Below are positions 1 through 17,510 of a stretch of 64,000 bases of DNA, one piece after another; position 1 is the stretch's first letter; every line of letters begins with the position of its first letter. The stretch spans positions 32,001-96,000 of the forward strand of contig JBDRLW010000008.1 of NCBI GenBank assembly GCA_043812655.1. The letters run 5' to 3'. Both the position numbers and the translations under genes were made by a program. The stretch is from a bacterium (lineage in GTDB: Bacteria > Margulisbacteria > WOR-1 > O2-12-FULL-45-9 > XYB2-FULL-48-7). Below the pieces are notes generated by a model that was not told the DNA's origin, did no database searches, and saw nothing but the letters and a program-made list of their open reading frames with translations.

Positions 1-734
1 CGGGAGCTTTTAAGTCGCGGGGAATTCTGGATCCTCCGGCAAAGACAATTGCCTCAAATTCTTTTTGGAGCTTAGAAACAGGATAATCATCACCTATCTT
101 AATTTTAGTTTTAAAAGTGATCCCCTCTTCTTCCCAGATCTTGGTCCGACGATCGATGACTTTCTTTTCCAGCTTAAAATCAGGGATGCCGTAGCGCATG
201 ATCCCGCCCAGTTTTTCGTCTTTTTCAAATACTGTAACACTATGGCCCGCTTGATTTAATTGCGCGGCGCAAGACAGTCCAGCTGGGCCAGAGCCAACAA
301 CCGCTACTTTTTTACCGGTCGTAACTTTAGGCTGTCTGGCCTTGATCTGGCCGTGATCGAACATTTCTTCAACTATCCCCAATTCATTTTCCCTGATCGT
401 CACCGGGTCATCGTTGATCCCCAAGACACAAGAAAATTCGCACGGCGCCGGGCAAACTCGGCCGGTGATCTCTGGCAGATTATTGGTCGCGTCAAGGAGT
501 TCCCAAGCTCTTTCCCACGATTTTACCGACGTCAGGTCATTCCACTCCGGGATATAATTACCAAGAGGACAGCCGCCATGGCAGAATGGGGTCCCGCAAT
601 CCATACAGCGGGTGGCCTGTTCCGCCGTCTCGTCTTCCGACCTAAGTTTAAAAACCCGGTCGAAATCTTTTACCCGCTCGCAAACCGGGCGGTAAGCGGT
701 TTTGGTCCTTTTTATTTTTATGAACCCCTTTGGA

Positions 735-742
<8 letters not shown>
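1..742 (-). CDS. gltD: Glutamate synthase small subunit (5' part; runs off the window start)
   Basis: Not in the ORF track. Manual translation from ATG 742 gives MGNPKGFIKIKR...RCMDCGTPFCH; the start overlaps the gltB stop. Confidence 0.9.
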
Positions 743-5114
<4,372 letters not shown>

Positions 5115-5180
5115 TTCAACACCTTTGTAAGGGGCAAGGTCCAAAGGTGTTGACCCGAAAAACCCTGCCCCATTACTAAA

Positions 5181-6515
5181 CTACAGTATCGGTAAATATT
5201 TTTTTATCTCATACTCCGTGACCTGGATCCTGAAATCATTCCATTCTTGCTTCTTAATTGCAATAAATCTTTCAAAGCAATGGTCACCCAAAGCTTCGCG
5301 CACCAACCCGCTTTTTTCGGTCACGGCGATCGCTTCACCCAAACTGGCTGGCAACGATTTCACGCCCCGCTCCGCCCGTTCTTCATCGTTCAAGTGATAA
5401 AGGTTCAACTCCATCGGCTCCGGCAGTTTATACCCTTCCTCGATCCCTTTCAAGCCGGCTTGTAACATAACGGCGAACTGTAGATATGGATTTCCTGAAG
5501 GATCTGGGCAGCGAAGCTCCATCCTGGTCGCGACTTCTTTGCCTGGCTGATACATCGGTACACGGACCAAAGCTGAACGGTTTCGTCTTGACCAAGCGAT
5601 ATAAACCGGCGCTTCGAAGCCCGGGACTAAGCGTTTATAAGAATTAACCCAGGGAGCTAAAATGGAAATCATTTCCGGAGCGTGTTTTAAGATCCCGGCA
5701 ATATATGATTTACCGACGGAAGACAAATGATATTTATCATTCGCGTCGTAGAACGCGTTAACCTTTCCTTTGAATAACGATTGGTGGCAGTGCATGCCGG
5801 AACCGTTTTGGCCAAAGATCGGCTTGGGCATGAAGGTCGCGTAGACCCCATTCTTAGAGGCGATCTCTTTAACCGTTAACCGGTAAGTCACGGTGTTATC
5901 GGCCATCTTCAAAGCGTCGGCGTAGCGCATGTCGATCTCGTGTTGGCTGGGAGCAACTTCGTGATGGCTGTATTCAACCGTGATCCCAAGTTTCCTTAAC
6001 GCGAAAACCGTATCTCGCCTAAGGTTTGAGGCCATATCGAGCGGCGTTAGATCAAAATAACCACCATTGTCGAGGACTTCTGTTCCTTTGGAATCTTTAA
6101 AGTAAAAGTATTCGAGTTCCGGCCCGATGTAGCAATGGTCAAAACCCATCTTTTTCATTTTATCCAGGGCTCTTTTTAAAACGTAGCGGGGATCGCCTTC
6201 ATATGGTTTATGCTTACCGGCTGAAGGCTGTAAAATGTCGCAGATCATCCTGGCTACCGGTTTATCTTCCGGCCGCCACGGCAAGATAGCGAAAGTCTCA
6301 GGATCCGGCATCGCGATCATGTCCGACTCTTCGATCGCCTGGAAACCGGTGATCGAGGAACCGTCAAACCCCATTCCCTGGGTTAGCGCCCCTTCAAGTT
6401 CATCTGGGCCAACGGCAAAACTCTTGAGTATCCCGTTAAGATCAGTGAACCAGAACCTAATAAACTCGACCCCATTATCCTTAACCTGTTTTAAGACATC
6501 TTCCTTCGTAGTCAT
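5181..6515 (-). CDS. glnA: Glutamine synthetase type I
   Basis: FDGSSI, HHEVAPSQHEI, ATFMPKP..NGSGMH, NSYKRLVPGFEAP; 444 aa. Confidence 0.96.
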   Translation of the reverse strand: MTTKEDVLKQVKDNGVEFIRFWFTDLNGILKSFAVGPDELEGALTQGMGFDGSSITGFQAIEESDMIAMPDPETFAILPWRPEDKPVARMICDILQPSAGKHKPYEGDPRYVLKRALDKMKKMGFDHCYIGPELEYFYFKDSKGTEVLDNGGYFDLTPLDMASNLRRDTVFALRKLGITVEYSHHEVAPSQHEIDMRYADALKMADNTVTYRLTVKEIASKNGVYATFMPKPIFGQNGSGMHCHQSLFKGKVNAFYDANDKYHLSSVGKSYIAGILKHAPEMISILAPWVNSYKRLVPGFEAPVYIAWSRRNRSALVRVPMYQPGKEVATRMELRCPDPSGNPYLQFAVMLQAGLKGIEEGYKLPEPMELNLYHLNDEERAERGVKSLPASLGEAIAVTEKSGLVREALGDHCFERFIAIKKQEWNDFRIQVTEYEIKKYLPIL

Positions 6516-6553
6516 AGGTCAACACCCCCATAATTTAAATCCAATAGAGTAAA

Positions 6554-6569
6554 AGCAAATCAATTGCCG
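6554..6569 (-). promoter_or_regulatory. Sigma-54 -24/-12 promoter of glnA-gltB-gltD
   Basis: CGGCAATTGATTTGCT (GG-N10-GC) about 40 bp upstream of glnA. Confidence 0.75.
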
Positions 6570-6656
6570 CTCTTAAACCCGGTCATTTTACGACAATTAT
6601 GTAGAATATTTGGGGTGTTTTTACGTTTTTGTATGGATATATTTAGGGTTACGTTC

Positions 6657-6741
6657 GGAACCTGAGAATAAAATTCTCGGTTCCTCAAAAAATGGAACCG
6701 CGACTTTCAGCCTTGCCTGCCGGCAGGCAGGTCGCAGGTTC
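6657..6741. repeat. Nested palindromes including CTGCCGGCAG core (CCTTGCCTGCCGGCAGGCAGG)
   Basis: GGAACCTGAGAAT-AAA-ATTCTCGGTTCC hairpin, then GAACCGCGAC...GTCGCAGGTTC enclosing TGCCTGCCGGCAGGCA. Confidence 0.6.
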
Positions 6742-6751
6742 ATACCAAATC

Positions 6752-8845
6752 TTACAATATTGTTAAAAGTTCCTGGTATTTTGCCATCGGCCAAAATCCG
6801 TCCGCTACCAGAGTTTCAGCTTTATCAATGCTCTCGCGCAGATCGGCCAAAGCATTAGCCCCATTTTTGGCATACAATTTGGCTTTTTTCTCCAAGTTCT
6901 CTTCCTGTTCGCAAACAACGATCGCTTTCTCCAGCCCCTTGATCGCCTCTTTTACATCAGCATACAGGTACGAGGCTACTTTCAAATCGGCGGCCATGGC
7001 GCTGTTTTTGGATGTCGCCTTAACGGCTTCGCCTAACGCCGCGATCTGGGCTAAAACCGCGGGCAGGACCAGCGTTTTGGCAATGTTCAAACCGGCTTTT
7101 AGTTCAACATCTTTGATCTTAATGTACGCATCCAGCTTGATCTCCACTTTTGAATGGAGCTCCCTCTTGGAAAGAACGCCATATTTTTCAAAAAGCTCAA
7201 CACTCTCTTTCTCCAGCATTAAATCCAGAGAGTCTGGAGTGTTCTTGGCGTTAGGCAGTCCCCGTTTAGCCGCTTCCTTGTGCCACTCTTCAGAATAATT
7301 GTTCCCTTCAAAACGCACCTTCTTGGTTTCTTTCAGGATATCCTTCATGACCAGGATCGCTTTTTCCTCAATGTTCTTCCCTTTTTTCGCTGACAGCCGG
7401 CTGGCTATTTCATCATAGCCGTAAGCCACGATCAGATTAAGGGTGGTCGCGGCTTCCGCGCAGTTCTGGGATGAACCGACAGCGCGGAATTCGAACTTAT
7501 TGCCGGTAAAAGCGAGTGGCGATGTCCGATTTCTGTCAGATGTATCCTTGGCCACTTTAGGCAGGTTCTGGACATCTAAATTGATGTGGGAAAGGCTCTT
7601 TTCGCTCACTTCGTTGCCAACCCCTTCGATCTCATCCATCAATCTGGCTAAATATTCACCGAGATAAACGGACATGATAGCAGGAGGAGCTTCGTTCGCA
7701 CCAAGCCGGTGGTCGTTCCCCGCATCAGCAACTGCCGCCCGCAGGAGGCCGCCGAATTTATTGACTCCAAGAAGGATCGCGCCTAAGGTGAGCAGGAAAT
7801 TAATGTTTTTGATCGGCGAATCGGACGGTTCAAGATAATTCGTCCCGCTTTCATCTCCGAGTGACCAATTAAAGTGTTTACCAGAACCATTGACCCCAGC
7901 AAAAGGTTTTTCATATAGTACGGCAACCATCCCATGCTTTTCGGCCACCCGGCGGATGATCTCCATCAGCTGTAAGTTGTGGTCGATAGCCAGGTTGACC
8001 TCCTCATAAAGCGGAGCGACCTCGAACTGGTTGGGAGAAACTTCATTATGCCTGGTCTTCGAAGGAATACCGTGCCGATAAAGCTCGGCATCAAAATCTT
8101 CCATGAACATCATTACTTTGTCTTTGATCGAACCAAAATAATGGTCTTCGAGCTGTTGGCCTTTGGCCGGAGCCGCGCCAAAAAGCGTCCGGCCGGTAAT
8201 GCGCAGGTCAGGCCGCGTATCAAAAAGTTCTTTGGAAACCAGGAAATATTCCTGCTCGGGCCCACCGTAAACCTTCATTTTTTTAACTGTGTTACCCAAT
8301 AGTTTTTGCAGTTTTGTTGCCGATCCGGTCAAGGCCTTCATGGAACGAAGAAGAGGGGTTTTCATGTCCAGGACTTCGCCGGTCCAGGAAAGGTAAACGG
8401 TCGGGATAACTAGGGTCTTAGTATCCCCTGCTTCCAGTAAAAATGCCGGGCTGGTCGGGTCCCACGCGGTATAACCTCTGGCTTCAAAGGTAGAGCGGAT
8501 CCCGCCAGAAGGGAAGCTGGAGGCATCCGGTTCCGACTGGATCAGTTGTTTCGCGCTGAAACGCTCGACCATCTCCCCATCTTTGCCGTAGCTAAGGAAA
8601 GCATCATGCTTTTCAGCCGTACCGCCGCGTTGGGGTTGGAACCAGTGGGTAAAATGGGTGGCTCCATTCTCCATTGCCCATTCTTTCATCGCGTGGGCAA
8701 CATCACGGGCGATCATTTCATCGAGGGGTTCGCCACCATCTAAAGTGGCAACTAATTTACTATAAACTTCTTTGCTTAATTTATCTTTCATCACCTTGCG
8801 GCTGAAAGTCAGTTCTCCGAATATTTGGCTAGCTGGTTTTGTCAT
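6752..8845 (-). CDS. Glutamine synthetase type III
   Basis: HFTHWFQP, EPDASSFPSGG, RHNEVSPNQFE, HRLGANEAPPA, DRNRTSP; probable start ATG 8845 after an AAGGAG SD. Confidence 0.95.
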   Translation of the reverse strand: MTKPASQIFGELTFSRKVMKDKLSKEVYSKLVATLDGGEPLDEMIARDVAHAMKEWAMENGATHFTHWFQPQRGGTAEKHDAFLSYGKDGEMVERFSAKQLIQSEPDASSFPSGGIRSTFEARGYTAWDPTSPAFLLEAGDTKTLVIPTVYLSWTGEVLDMKTPLLRSMKALTGSATKLQKLLGNTVKKMKVYGGPEQEYFLVSKELFDTRPDLRITGRTLFGAAPAKGQQLEDHYFGSIKDKVMMFMEDFDAELYRHGIPSKTRHNEVSPNQFEVAPLYEEVNLAIDHNLQLMEIIRRVAEKHGMVAVLYEKPFAGVNGSGKHFNWSLGDESGTNYLEPSDSPIKNINFLLTLGAILLGVNKFGGLLRAAVADAGNDHRLGANEAPPAIMSVYLGEYLARLMDEIEGVGNEVSEKSLSHINLDVQNLPKVAKDTSDRNRTSPLAFTGNKFEFRAVGSSQNCAEAATTLNLIVAYGYDEIASRLSAKKGKNIEEKAILVMKDILKETKKVRFEGNNYSEEWHKEAAKRGLPNAKNTPDSLDLMLEKESVELFEKYGVLSKRELHSKVEIKLDAYIKIKDVELKAGLNIAKTLVLPAVLAQIAALGEAVKATSKNSAMAADLKVASYLYADVKEAIKGLEKAIVVCEQEENLEKKAKLYAKNGANALADLRESIDKAETLVADGFWPMAKYQELLTIL

Positions 8846-8893
8846 GTGATATTTCTCCTTTTCACAGCATTTTAACATTATGCTTCAATAGAA

Positions 8894-8909
8894 AGCAATT
8901 TCATTGCCA
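8894..8909 (-). promoter_or_regulatory. Sigma-54 promoter of the GSIII gene
   Basis: TGGCAATGAAATTGCT, near-consensus TGGCAC-N5-TTGCW. Confidence 0.8.
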
Positions 8910-8970
8910 GTTGAAGCCCGCACAAACTCAAACAATTTTGTAATAAATGCCTGTGGATAATACAAAATTG

Positions 8971-11404
<2,434 letters not shown>

Positions 11405-11418
<14 letters not shown>

Positions 11419-12901
11419 TAATAGTATCCTTATAGCTGGCGATCAGTTTAGCTAAACGCTCTTCCGCTTCTTTGGAAAACTCTTTGAGCCCGGCCATCAG
11501 CTCGGGATCGCTCCGCCGCACAAAACTGGTCACCCCTTTCTCAAACTCCTTGACTTGAGTCAGCGGGATATTATCCATATAGCCGGTGATCGCGGCATAA
11601 ATAATAATGATCTCATCTTCAACCGGCAGAGGCTCGTTCTTCTCTTGCTTTAAAGTCTCTGCCATCAGGGCGCCGCGTTTTAACTGCCGCTTTGTCTCCT
11701 CGTCAACTTCGGTCGCGAAAAGCGAAAACGACTGCTTTTCCCGGTATTGGGCCAGATCCAGGCGAAGCCGCCCAGCGATCTTCCTGATCGCCGGAACTTG
11801 GGCTTTGCCGCCAACCCGGGAAACAGAAATGCCGACGTTAACGGCCGGACGGATGCCGGCATTAAAAAGGTCGGTTTCGAGGAAGATCTGCCCGTCGGTA
11901 ATAGAAATGACATTGGTCGGGATATATGAGGTGACATCCCCTAATTGGGTTTCAATGATCGGCAAAGCGGTCATTGAGCCCCCGCCTAACTCAGCTTTCA
12001 GTTTAGCCGCCCGCTCAAGCAACCTGGCATGGAGATAAAAGACATCCCCAGGATAAGCTTCTCTCCCCGGTGGCCGACGGAGTAAAAGAGAGATCATCCG
12101 GTAAGCCTTGGCGTGTTTAGTTAAATCATCATAAATGATCAAAACATCTTTGCCGTTAAACATAAATTCTTCAGCGATCGCGCAACCGGCAAAAGGAGCG
12201 ACATATTGAAGGGAAGCCGGATCAGAGGCGGAGGCGGAAACCACGACCGTATAATCCATCGCGCCGTGTTCTTTTAAGGTTTCGATCATCTGGACAATAT
12301 TCGACTCTTTTTGCCCAATAGCAACGTAAATACAAACAACATTTTGGTCTTTCTGGTTAATGATCGTATCGACCACGATGACCGATTTCCCCGTTGAGCG
12401 GTCGCCGATGATCAGCTCTCTCTGCCCGCGGCCAATAGGGATCAGGGTGTCGATCAATTTACAGCCGGTCTGGAGCGGTTGGCAAACAGGGGTCCGGTCA
12501 ACCACCCCCGGAGCAATTTTTTCAACCGGGCGGAATTTATCGGTCTTGATCTCTCCCAAGCCATCGACCGGTTTTCCCAACGCATCAACTACTCGGCCGA
12601 TCAACGCATCTCCAACCGGGACCTGCATCACTTGGCCGGTCGATTTAGCCGTATCCCCTTCTCTTACCGCGGTATGGGGCCCTAGTAAAACAGCCTGGAT
12701 GTTCTCCTTTTCAAGGTTAAAAACCATCCCCAAATAATTATTCCGGAATTCAACCATCTCCCCAGCCATCGCCGAAGAGAGGCCTTTGATCTTAATGATC
12801 CCGTCGAGCGATTCAATGACGGTGCCAACTTCCCCGACCCGAGCCGTCGGGGTAAAAGCTTCGATATGTTTTTTTATGATCGAGGAAATATCTTCAGACA
12901 A
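11405..12901 (-). CDS. atpA: ATP synthase F1 alpha subunit
   Basis: [29 protein letters not shown]. Confidence 0.97.
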
Positions 12902-13391
12902 TGAGCGCCTCCTTTATGGCTTCAATTTCGCCTTGCAATGTAGAATCATAATAGCGGCCGTCTTCCCATTTTAATTTTAAGCCGCCAATGATCTTGGGAT
13001 CGACTTTGAAGCGATATCTTATTTTGTCGGGCTTTATAGCTTTAAAAACATTTTCGTTCAGCAGCGGGACGGCCGACGTTACTTCCAGGTATTCGGTGGC
13101 TGTTTTCTTGGAAACAACTTCCGAATATTTATTGGCCAGCCAAGAGAGCCTTTCCAGCAATTCCTCCCGCAACAGCAAATTAAAAAGGTCGCGAAAAACC
13201 CGCGAAGCGGCAGGGAAAAGATCGGCAAGAACGGTCCGCTTATTTTTCTCCGATACGCCATTGTCAACAAAAAAATACTTAAGATCAAGATCGCTGTTAA
13301 GGGCGTAGGAAAAACGGTAAAGCTCGCGCTCCAGCTGGAGCGCGTCTTTTCCCGCTAGATCATATAATTTTTCGACATCGATCTCTTTCAT
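12894..13391 (-). CDS. atpH: ATP synthase delta subunit
   Basis: [15 protein letters not shown]; between atpF and atpA. Confidence 0.85.
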   Translation of the reverse strand: MKEIDVEKLYDLAGKDALQLERELYRFSYALNSDLDLKYFFVDNGVSEKNKRTVLADLFPAASRVFRDLFNLLLREELLERLSWLANKYSEVVSKKTATEYLEVTSAVPLLNENVFKAIKPDKIRYRFKVDPKIIGGLKLKWEDGRYYDSTLQGEIEAIKEALIV

Positions 13392-13870
13392 GGTTTAACC
13401 TGGGCGATACTCTCCTCTATTAAACGGCGGTTATCTTCGGGCGTTATTACCCGGCGCAAAACTTTTCCGGTCGCCATGGCCACCAACTCCACGACTTCCT
13501 GCTTGGCGGAAGCAACGATCTTGTCTTTTTCCCGTTCCAGCTCAAGCCGCGCTTTTTCCATTATTTTATCGGCTTCCCGGCTGGCTGCGGTAATGATCCC
13601 TTCCTTGGTCTGGCGGCCTTCTTCTTTTGCCCTCTCTACCATCTGGTCAGCGCTTTGGTGGGCTTGCGCATATTTTTTCTTTTGGTCTTCTAGCAATTCG
13701 GCTGTTTTCTTTTGGTTAGCTTCGGCCAAAGCGATCGAATCGGCGATCATTTTTTCCCTCATCGCCAAAAAATTCAGGAGGGGTGGCAATGCTACTTTAT
13801 AAAGCAAGGCCACCAACATCCCAAAAGAGACCGTTGTCCAAAATATCAATCCAGTTTCAATTTCGAGCAT
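13388..13870 (-). CDS. atpF: ATP synthase Fo b subunit
   Basis: N-terminal TM (GLIFWT...) followed by a long charged helix. Confidence 0.92.
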   Translation of the reverse strand: MLEIETGLIFWTTVSFGMLVALLYKVALPPLLNFLAMREKMIADSIALAEANQKKTAELLEDQKKKYAQAHQSADQMVERAKEEGRQTKEGIITAASREADKIMEKARLELEREKDKIVASAKQEVVELVAMATGKVLRRVITPEDNRRLIEESIAQVKP

Positions 13871-13876
13871 TGTTCC

Positions 13877-14134
<258 letters not shown>

Positions 14135-14866
14135 TTAATGGTTTTCTTCCAACGCGGTCGCGATATAAAGCGATGACAAATAAGCAAAAATAAACGCCTG
14201 GATGAACGCGACAAAAACTTCAAATATTGAGAAAATAAAATCACCAAGCAAAGGCAAAGGAATGACCAAATAGCTTTTAAAAATAAAGATCAAAGACAAA
14301 AGGATCATCATTAAAGCATGGCCAGCAAACATATTGGCAAACAAGCGGAGCGCCAGGGAAAAAGGCTTGGCTAATTGGCTAAGAAACTCGATCGGAACCA
14401 TTAAGACTTGGACAAAGAACGGAATATCACAAGGGACAAGTGATCTGGCGTAACTGACCAGGCCGCGCTTTTTAATGCCGCTTAAATGGACAACAAGGAA
14501 GACGATGACCGCCAGCGTTCCCGTCACATTAATATTGGCGGTCACGCCGGAAAATATTGGGATCAACCCGGCCAGGTTGCAAAACAGGACAAAGAAAAAA
14601 AGAGCGATAATGAAAGGGAGCCACTTATCTTTTTCTGTCCCTAATTGTTCTCCCATTTCATTCCGCAGAAATATGACCATCGTTTCAGCCAGGTTTTGGG
14701 CGGTCCCCGGAACAAGTTTTAGCGAGCAGGTAGCTAAAAAAAAGAAGAATAAAACTGATATTCCCGCTACCCATAGAGTTATTACTCCATTAGTGATCGA
14801 AATATCCACGCCAAACAATGAAAGAGGTATTATTGTGCGTTGATAAAGATTTTCAAGTACGTTCAT
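14135..14866 (-). CDS. atpB: ATP synthase Fo a subunit
   Basis: SLALRLFANMFAGH, FIQAFIF. Confidence 0.96.
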   Translation of the reverse strand: MNVLENLYQRTIIPLSLFGVDISITNGVITLWVAGISVLFFFFLATCSLKLVPGTAQNLAETMVIFLRNEMGEQLGTEKDKWLPFIIALFFFVLFCNLAGLIPIFSGVTANINVTGTLAVIVFLVVHLSGIKKRGLVSYARSLVPCDIPFFVQVLMVPIEFLSQLAKPFSLALRLFANMFAGHALMMILLSLIFIFKSYLVIPLPLLGDFIFSIFEVFVAFIQAFIFAYLSSLYIATALEENH

Positions 14867-15038
14867 TTTTACCTTCTGTCATTTTATACGCATTCCAAAA
14901 ACCGGCCGCCGCACCAAGGATAACACCAATAATCAATCCCCAAGGGACATTGATCTTGTAACCGATAAAAGCGCCCAGAAAAACCGCCGCCGCGATCTCA
15001 AACCCTAAACCAGCGGACCCAATCCAAGCATTATTCAT
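14853..15038 (-). CDS. AtpZ/AtpI-family small membrane protein
   Basis: Two TM helices, PWGLIIG..LG.AAGF; first gene of the atp operon. Confidence 0.75.
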   Translation of the reverse strand: MNNAWIGSAGLGFEIAAAVFLGAFIGYKINVPWGLIIGVILGAAAGFWNAYKMTEGKNERT

Positions 15039-15070
15039 CTTCTGATATTTTAGCAGTAATTAATTTTTTA

Positions 15071-15409
15071 TTAAAGCGCCTTTTCGCCCCGCTCCCCAGT
15101 CCTGACCCTGACAACATCCAAAACAGGGGAGATAAATATCTTGCCATCGCCAACTTTGCCGGTGGAACAGGTTTTCTGGATAACCTCTATGATCGTGTCA
15201 ACCTTGGCATCGGCCACTACTAGTTCAACTTTTATTTTGGGGATAAATTCGACGCGATAATCACCAACCCGCCACTCAAGCGTGATCCCTTTTTGCGCCC
15301 CTCGCCCTTTAACTTCTGTCACCGTCATTGAGGAAAGATTTTGAGCATCAAGCGCTTCCCTTAGCTCTTCAAGCTTTTCACTTCTGATGATCACTTCAAC
15401 TTTTTTCAT
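15071..15409 (-). CDS. glnK: PII nitrogen regulatory protein
   Basis: 112 aa, VKGRGAQKG, GKVGDGKIF, RVRTGE; linked to amtB. Confidence 0.92.
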   Translation of the reverse strand: MKKVEVIIRSEKLEELREALDAQNLSSMTVTEVKGRGAQKGITLEWRVGDYRVEFIPKIKVELVVADAKVDTIIEVIQKTCSTGKVGDGKIFISPVLDVVRVRTGERGEKAL

Positions 15410-15427
15410 TTTTTTTTACCTCCTTTA

Positions 15428-15446
15428 TGCTGAGCTTGTCGAAGCA
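15428..15446. repeat. Short REP-like palindrome TGCTGAGCTTGTCGAAGCA
   Basis: Shares GAGCTTGTCGA with the insert at 17330-17376. Confidence 0.5.
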
Positions 15447-16667
15447 TTATGCCACCTCCGCGTGCTGGGAAATATCAAGCCCGACCAACTCTTCGTTCTC
15501 GGTCACTCTAAGACCGATCATTAAATCGACAAGCTTCGCTAAGATAAGGGCCGCCACAAAAGCAAAAAGCGCTGTAATGCTCGCGGCTTGGAATTGGATC
15601 CACAATTGCCCTGGGTTGCCAAACAATAATCCGTCGGCTCCGGCGGGATTGACAGCTTTACTGGCAAAGATACCGGTCGCGATCGCGCCCCAAAATCCTC
15701 CAATCCCATGGCAGGCAAAGGCATCAAGCGACTCATCGATCCTAATTTTCATCCGTAGAATGATCATATAGTACGAGATGATCGCCGCGATCGCCCCGAT
15801 CGCGATCGAAGAAAGCGGATCAACAAACCCTGCGGCAGGCGTAATGGCCACTAGTCCTACTACCGCTCCGGTCGCCACCCCCAAAACGCTTGGCCGACGG
15901 TGGATCCAACTCAATACCATCCAGGTCAGGGCCGCCGCGGCCGCCGCTGTATTAGTGACTGCAACTGCCGAAGCAGCTAAACCGTTAGCCGCTAAAGATG
16001 ACCCGCCGTTAAAACCAAACCAGCCAAACCAAAGGAGAACAGCGCCAATGACAACCAGCGGAATATTAGAAGGCTCCATGTTGTCTTTGCCATAGCCGCG
16101 CCGTTTGCCGATGACCAACGCGATCGCCAGCGCGGTAAAACCAGCGGTGATATGGACAACCGTTCCCCCGGCAAAATCAAGCGCTCCCATCATCCGAAGC
16201 CAACCGCCAACACCCCAGATCCAATGGGCCACTGGATCATAAACTATTGTCGTCCAAAGAAGAGAGAATATAAGAAAAGCCGAAAATTTAGCCCTCTCCA
16301 CGAACGCGCTGACAAAAAGCGTCGGCGTGACGATCGCGAAAGCCGCCTGGAAGATCATAAAGACCAAAGCCGGGATCGTCGCCGCATAATCAACATTCGG
16401 CGCTTGACCAACGCCTAGTAATCCTAACCACTGGCCCCCGCCGATCAAACCTTTAAGTGTGGGAGCAAAAGCTAAAGAATAGCCAATCAAAACCCACTGG
16501 ATACTAACTACAAACAGGAGCGCAAAACACATCATGATAGTGGAAAGAATATTTTTTTTCCTCACCATCCCGCCGTAAAAGAACCCGACCGCCGGCGTCA
16601 TCAAGATCACTAGCGCCGCCGAAATTAAAACCCAAGCCGTATCTCCGCTGTTTATCATTTCTATCAT
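15447..16667 (-). CDS. amtB: Ammonium transporter
   Basis: [28 protein letters not shown]. Confidence 0.97.
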   Translation of the reverse strand: MIEMINSGDTAWVLISAALVILMTPAVGFFYGGMVRKKNILSTIMMCFALLFVVSIQWVLIGYSLAFAPTLKGLIGGGQWLGLLGVGQAPNVDYAATIPALVFMIFQAAFAIVTPTLFVSAFVERAKFSAFLIFSLLWTTIVYDPVAHWIWGVGGWLRMMGALDFAGGTVVHITAGFTALAIALVIGKRRGYGKDNMEPSNIPLVVIGAVLLWFGWFGFNGGSSLAANGLAASAVAVTNTAAAAAALTWMVLSWIHRRPSVLGVATGAVVGLVAITPAAGFVDPLSSIAIGAIAAIISYYMIILRMKIRIDESLDAFACHGIGGFWGAIATGIFASKAVNPAGADGLLFGNPGQLWIQFQAASITALFAFVAALILAKLVDLMIGLRVTENEELVGLDISQHAEVA

Positions 16668-16673
16668 CCTCCT

Positions 16674-17402
16674 TTATAAATTAATATCCAACTGCGTGGT
16701 TAGCGTTGGTTTCGCCCCATTGTTATATTTGCCATAAGCACAGAGAACAGAGGTATTCGCTGAAAATGCGTATGAAAAACCGGCAAACAAGGCACCAAGT
16801 GACGAGTCGCCTCCAGCATAATCAACCGAAGCCCATATTTTATCGGTCAGCATTTTATCCCAAGTTAAAATAACACCCGCTCCGTCAGAGCCTAAAGTAG
16901 TTTTATTTCCCGCAAAGTAGCCAGCCGATATTCGGCCAAAGCTAAAGGTTTTTGCCCCAACACCATAAAGAATATTTTGGTCGGTCGCCCCTTTAAGCAA
17001 ACCAAAGCCATACCCACCAACCGCTAAAGCCGGGAAAATATCGCTTTCAGCAATCCCATATTTAGCATTAAAAACCAAAGAACTTCCGGCCACTCCCTGG
17101 GGCAGAAAGGCATCAGCTCCAATTTCAACTCCCGAAATTACACCATAAGTTAAACCCAGGTCGGTCGGAAATTGCTGGCCGCCAGAACCCTTATCTTCAA
17201 CTGAAAAATAATCATCAATCCCCAGATGCCATGTCCCCTTCGCCTGGATATCGGTCGACGGATTCCAGATCTGGGTCGACGGCGTCGCCAGCGCAGCCCC
17301 TCCCACTAACAAACTAACCAACAAACAAATGGCTCGACAAGCTCGCCATCCCAGCCATCCCGAGCTCCGTCGAGGGACTAACAGACTTTTCATGATTTTC
17401 AT
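16674..17402 (-). CDS. Secreted or outer-membrane beta-rich protein heading the amtB-glnK operon
   Basis: AGGAGG SD before ATG 17402; signal peptide; alternating beta-strand pattern. Confidence 0.65.
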   Translation of the reverse strand: MKIMKSLLVPRRSSGWLGWRACRAICLLVSLLVGGAALATPSTQIWNPSTDIQAKGTWHLGIDDYFSVEDKGSGGQQFPTDLGLTYGVISGVEIGADAFLPQGVAGSSLVFNAKYGIAESDIFPALAVGGYGFGLLKGATDQNILYGVGAKTFSFGRISAGYFAGNKTTLGSDGAGVILTWDKMLTDKIWASVDYAGGDSSLGALFAGFSYAFSANTSVLCAYGKYNNGAKPTLTTQLDINL

Positions 17403-17427
17403 TGTTTCCCTCCTTGCCCAATAAAAG

Positions 17428-17443
17428 AGCAAACTTTCTGCCA
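17428..17443 (-). promoter_or_regulatory. Sigma-54 promoter of the orf-amtB-glnK operon
   Basis: TGGCAGAAAGTTTGCT. Confidence 0.8.
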
Positions 17444-17510
17444 GGAGAGAAATAGGGGGTTAAACTATAATGAGAAACAATTTTGTAGCGATATTAGATG
17501 GAGTTATACG

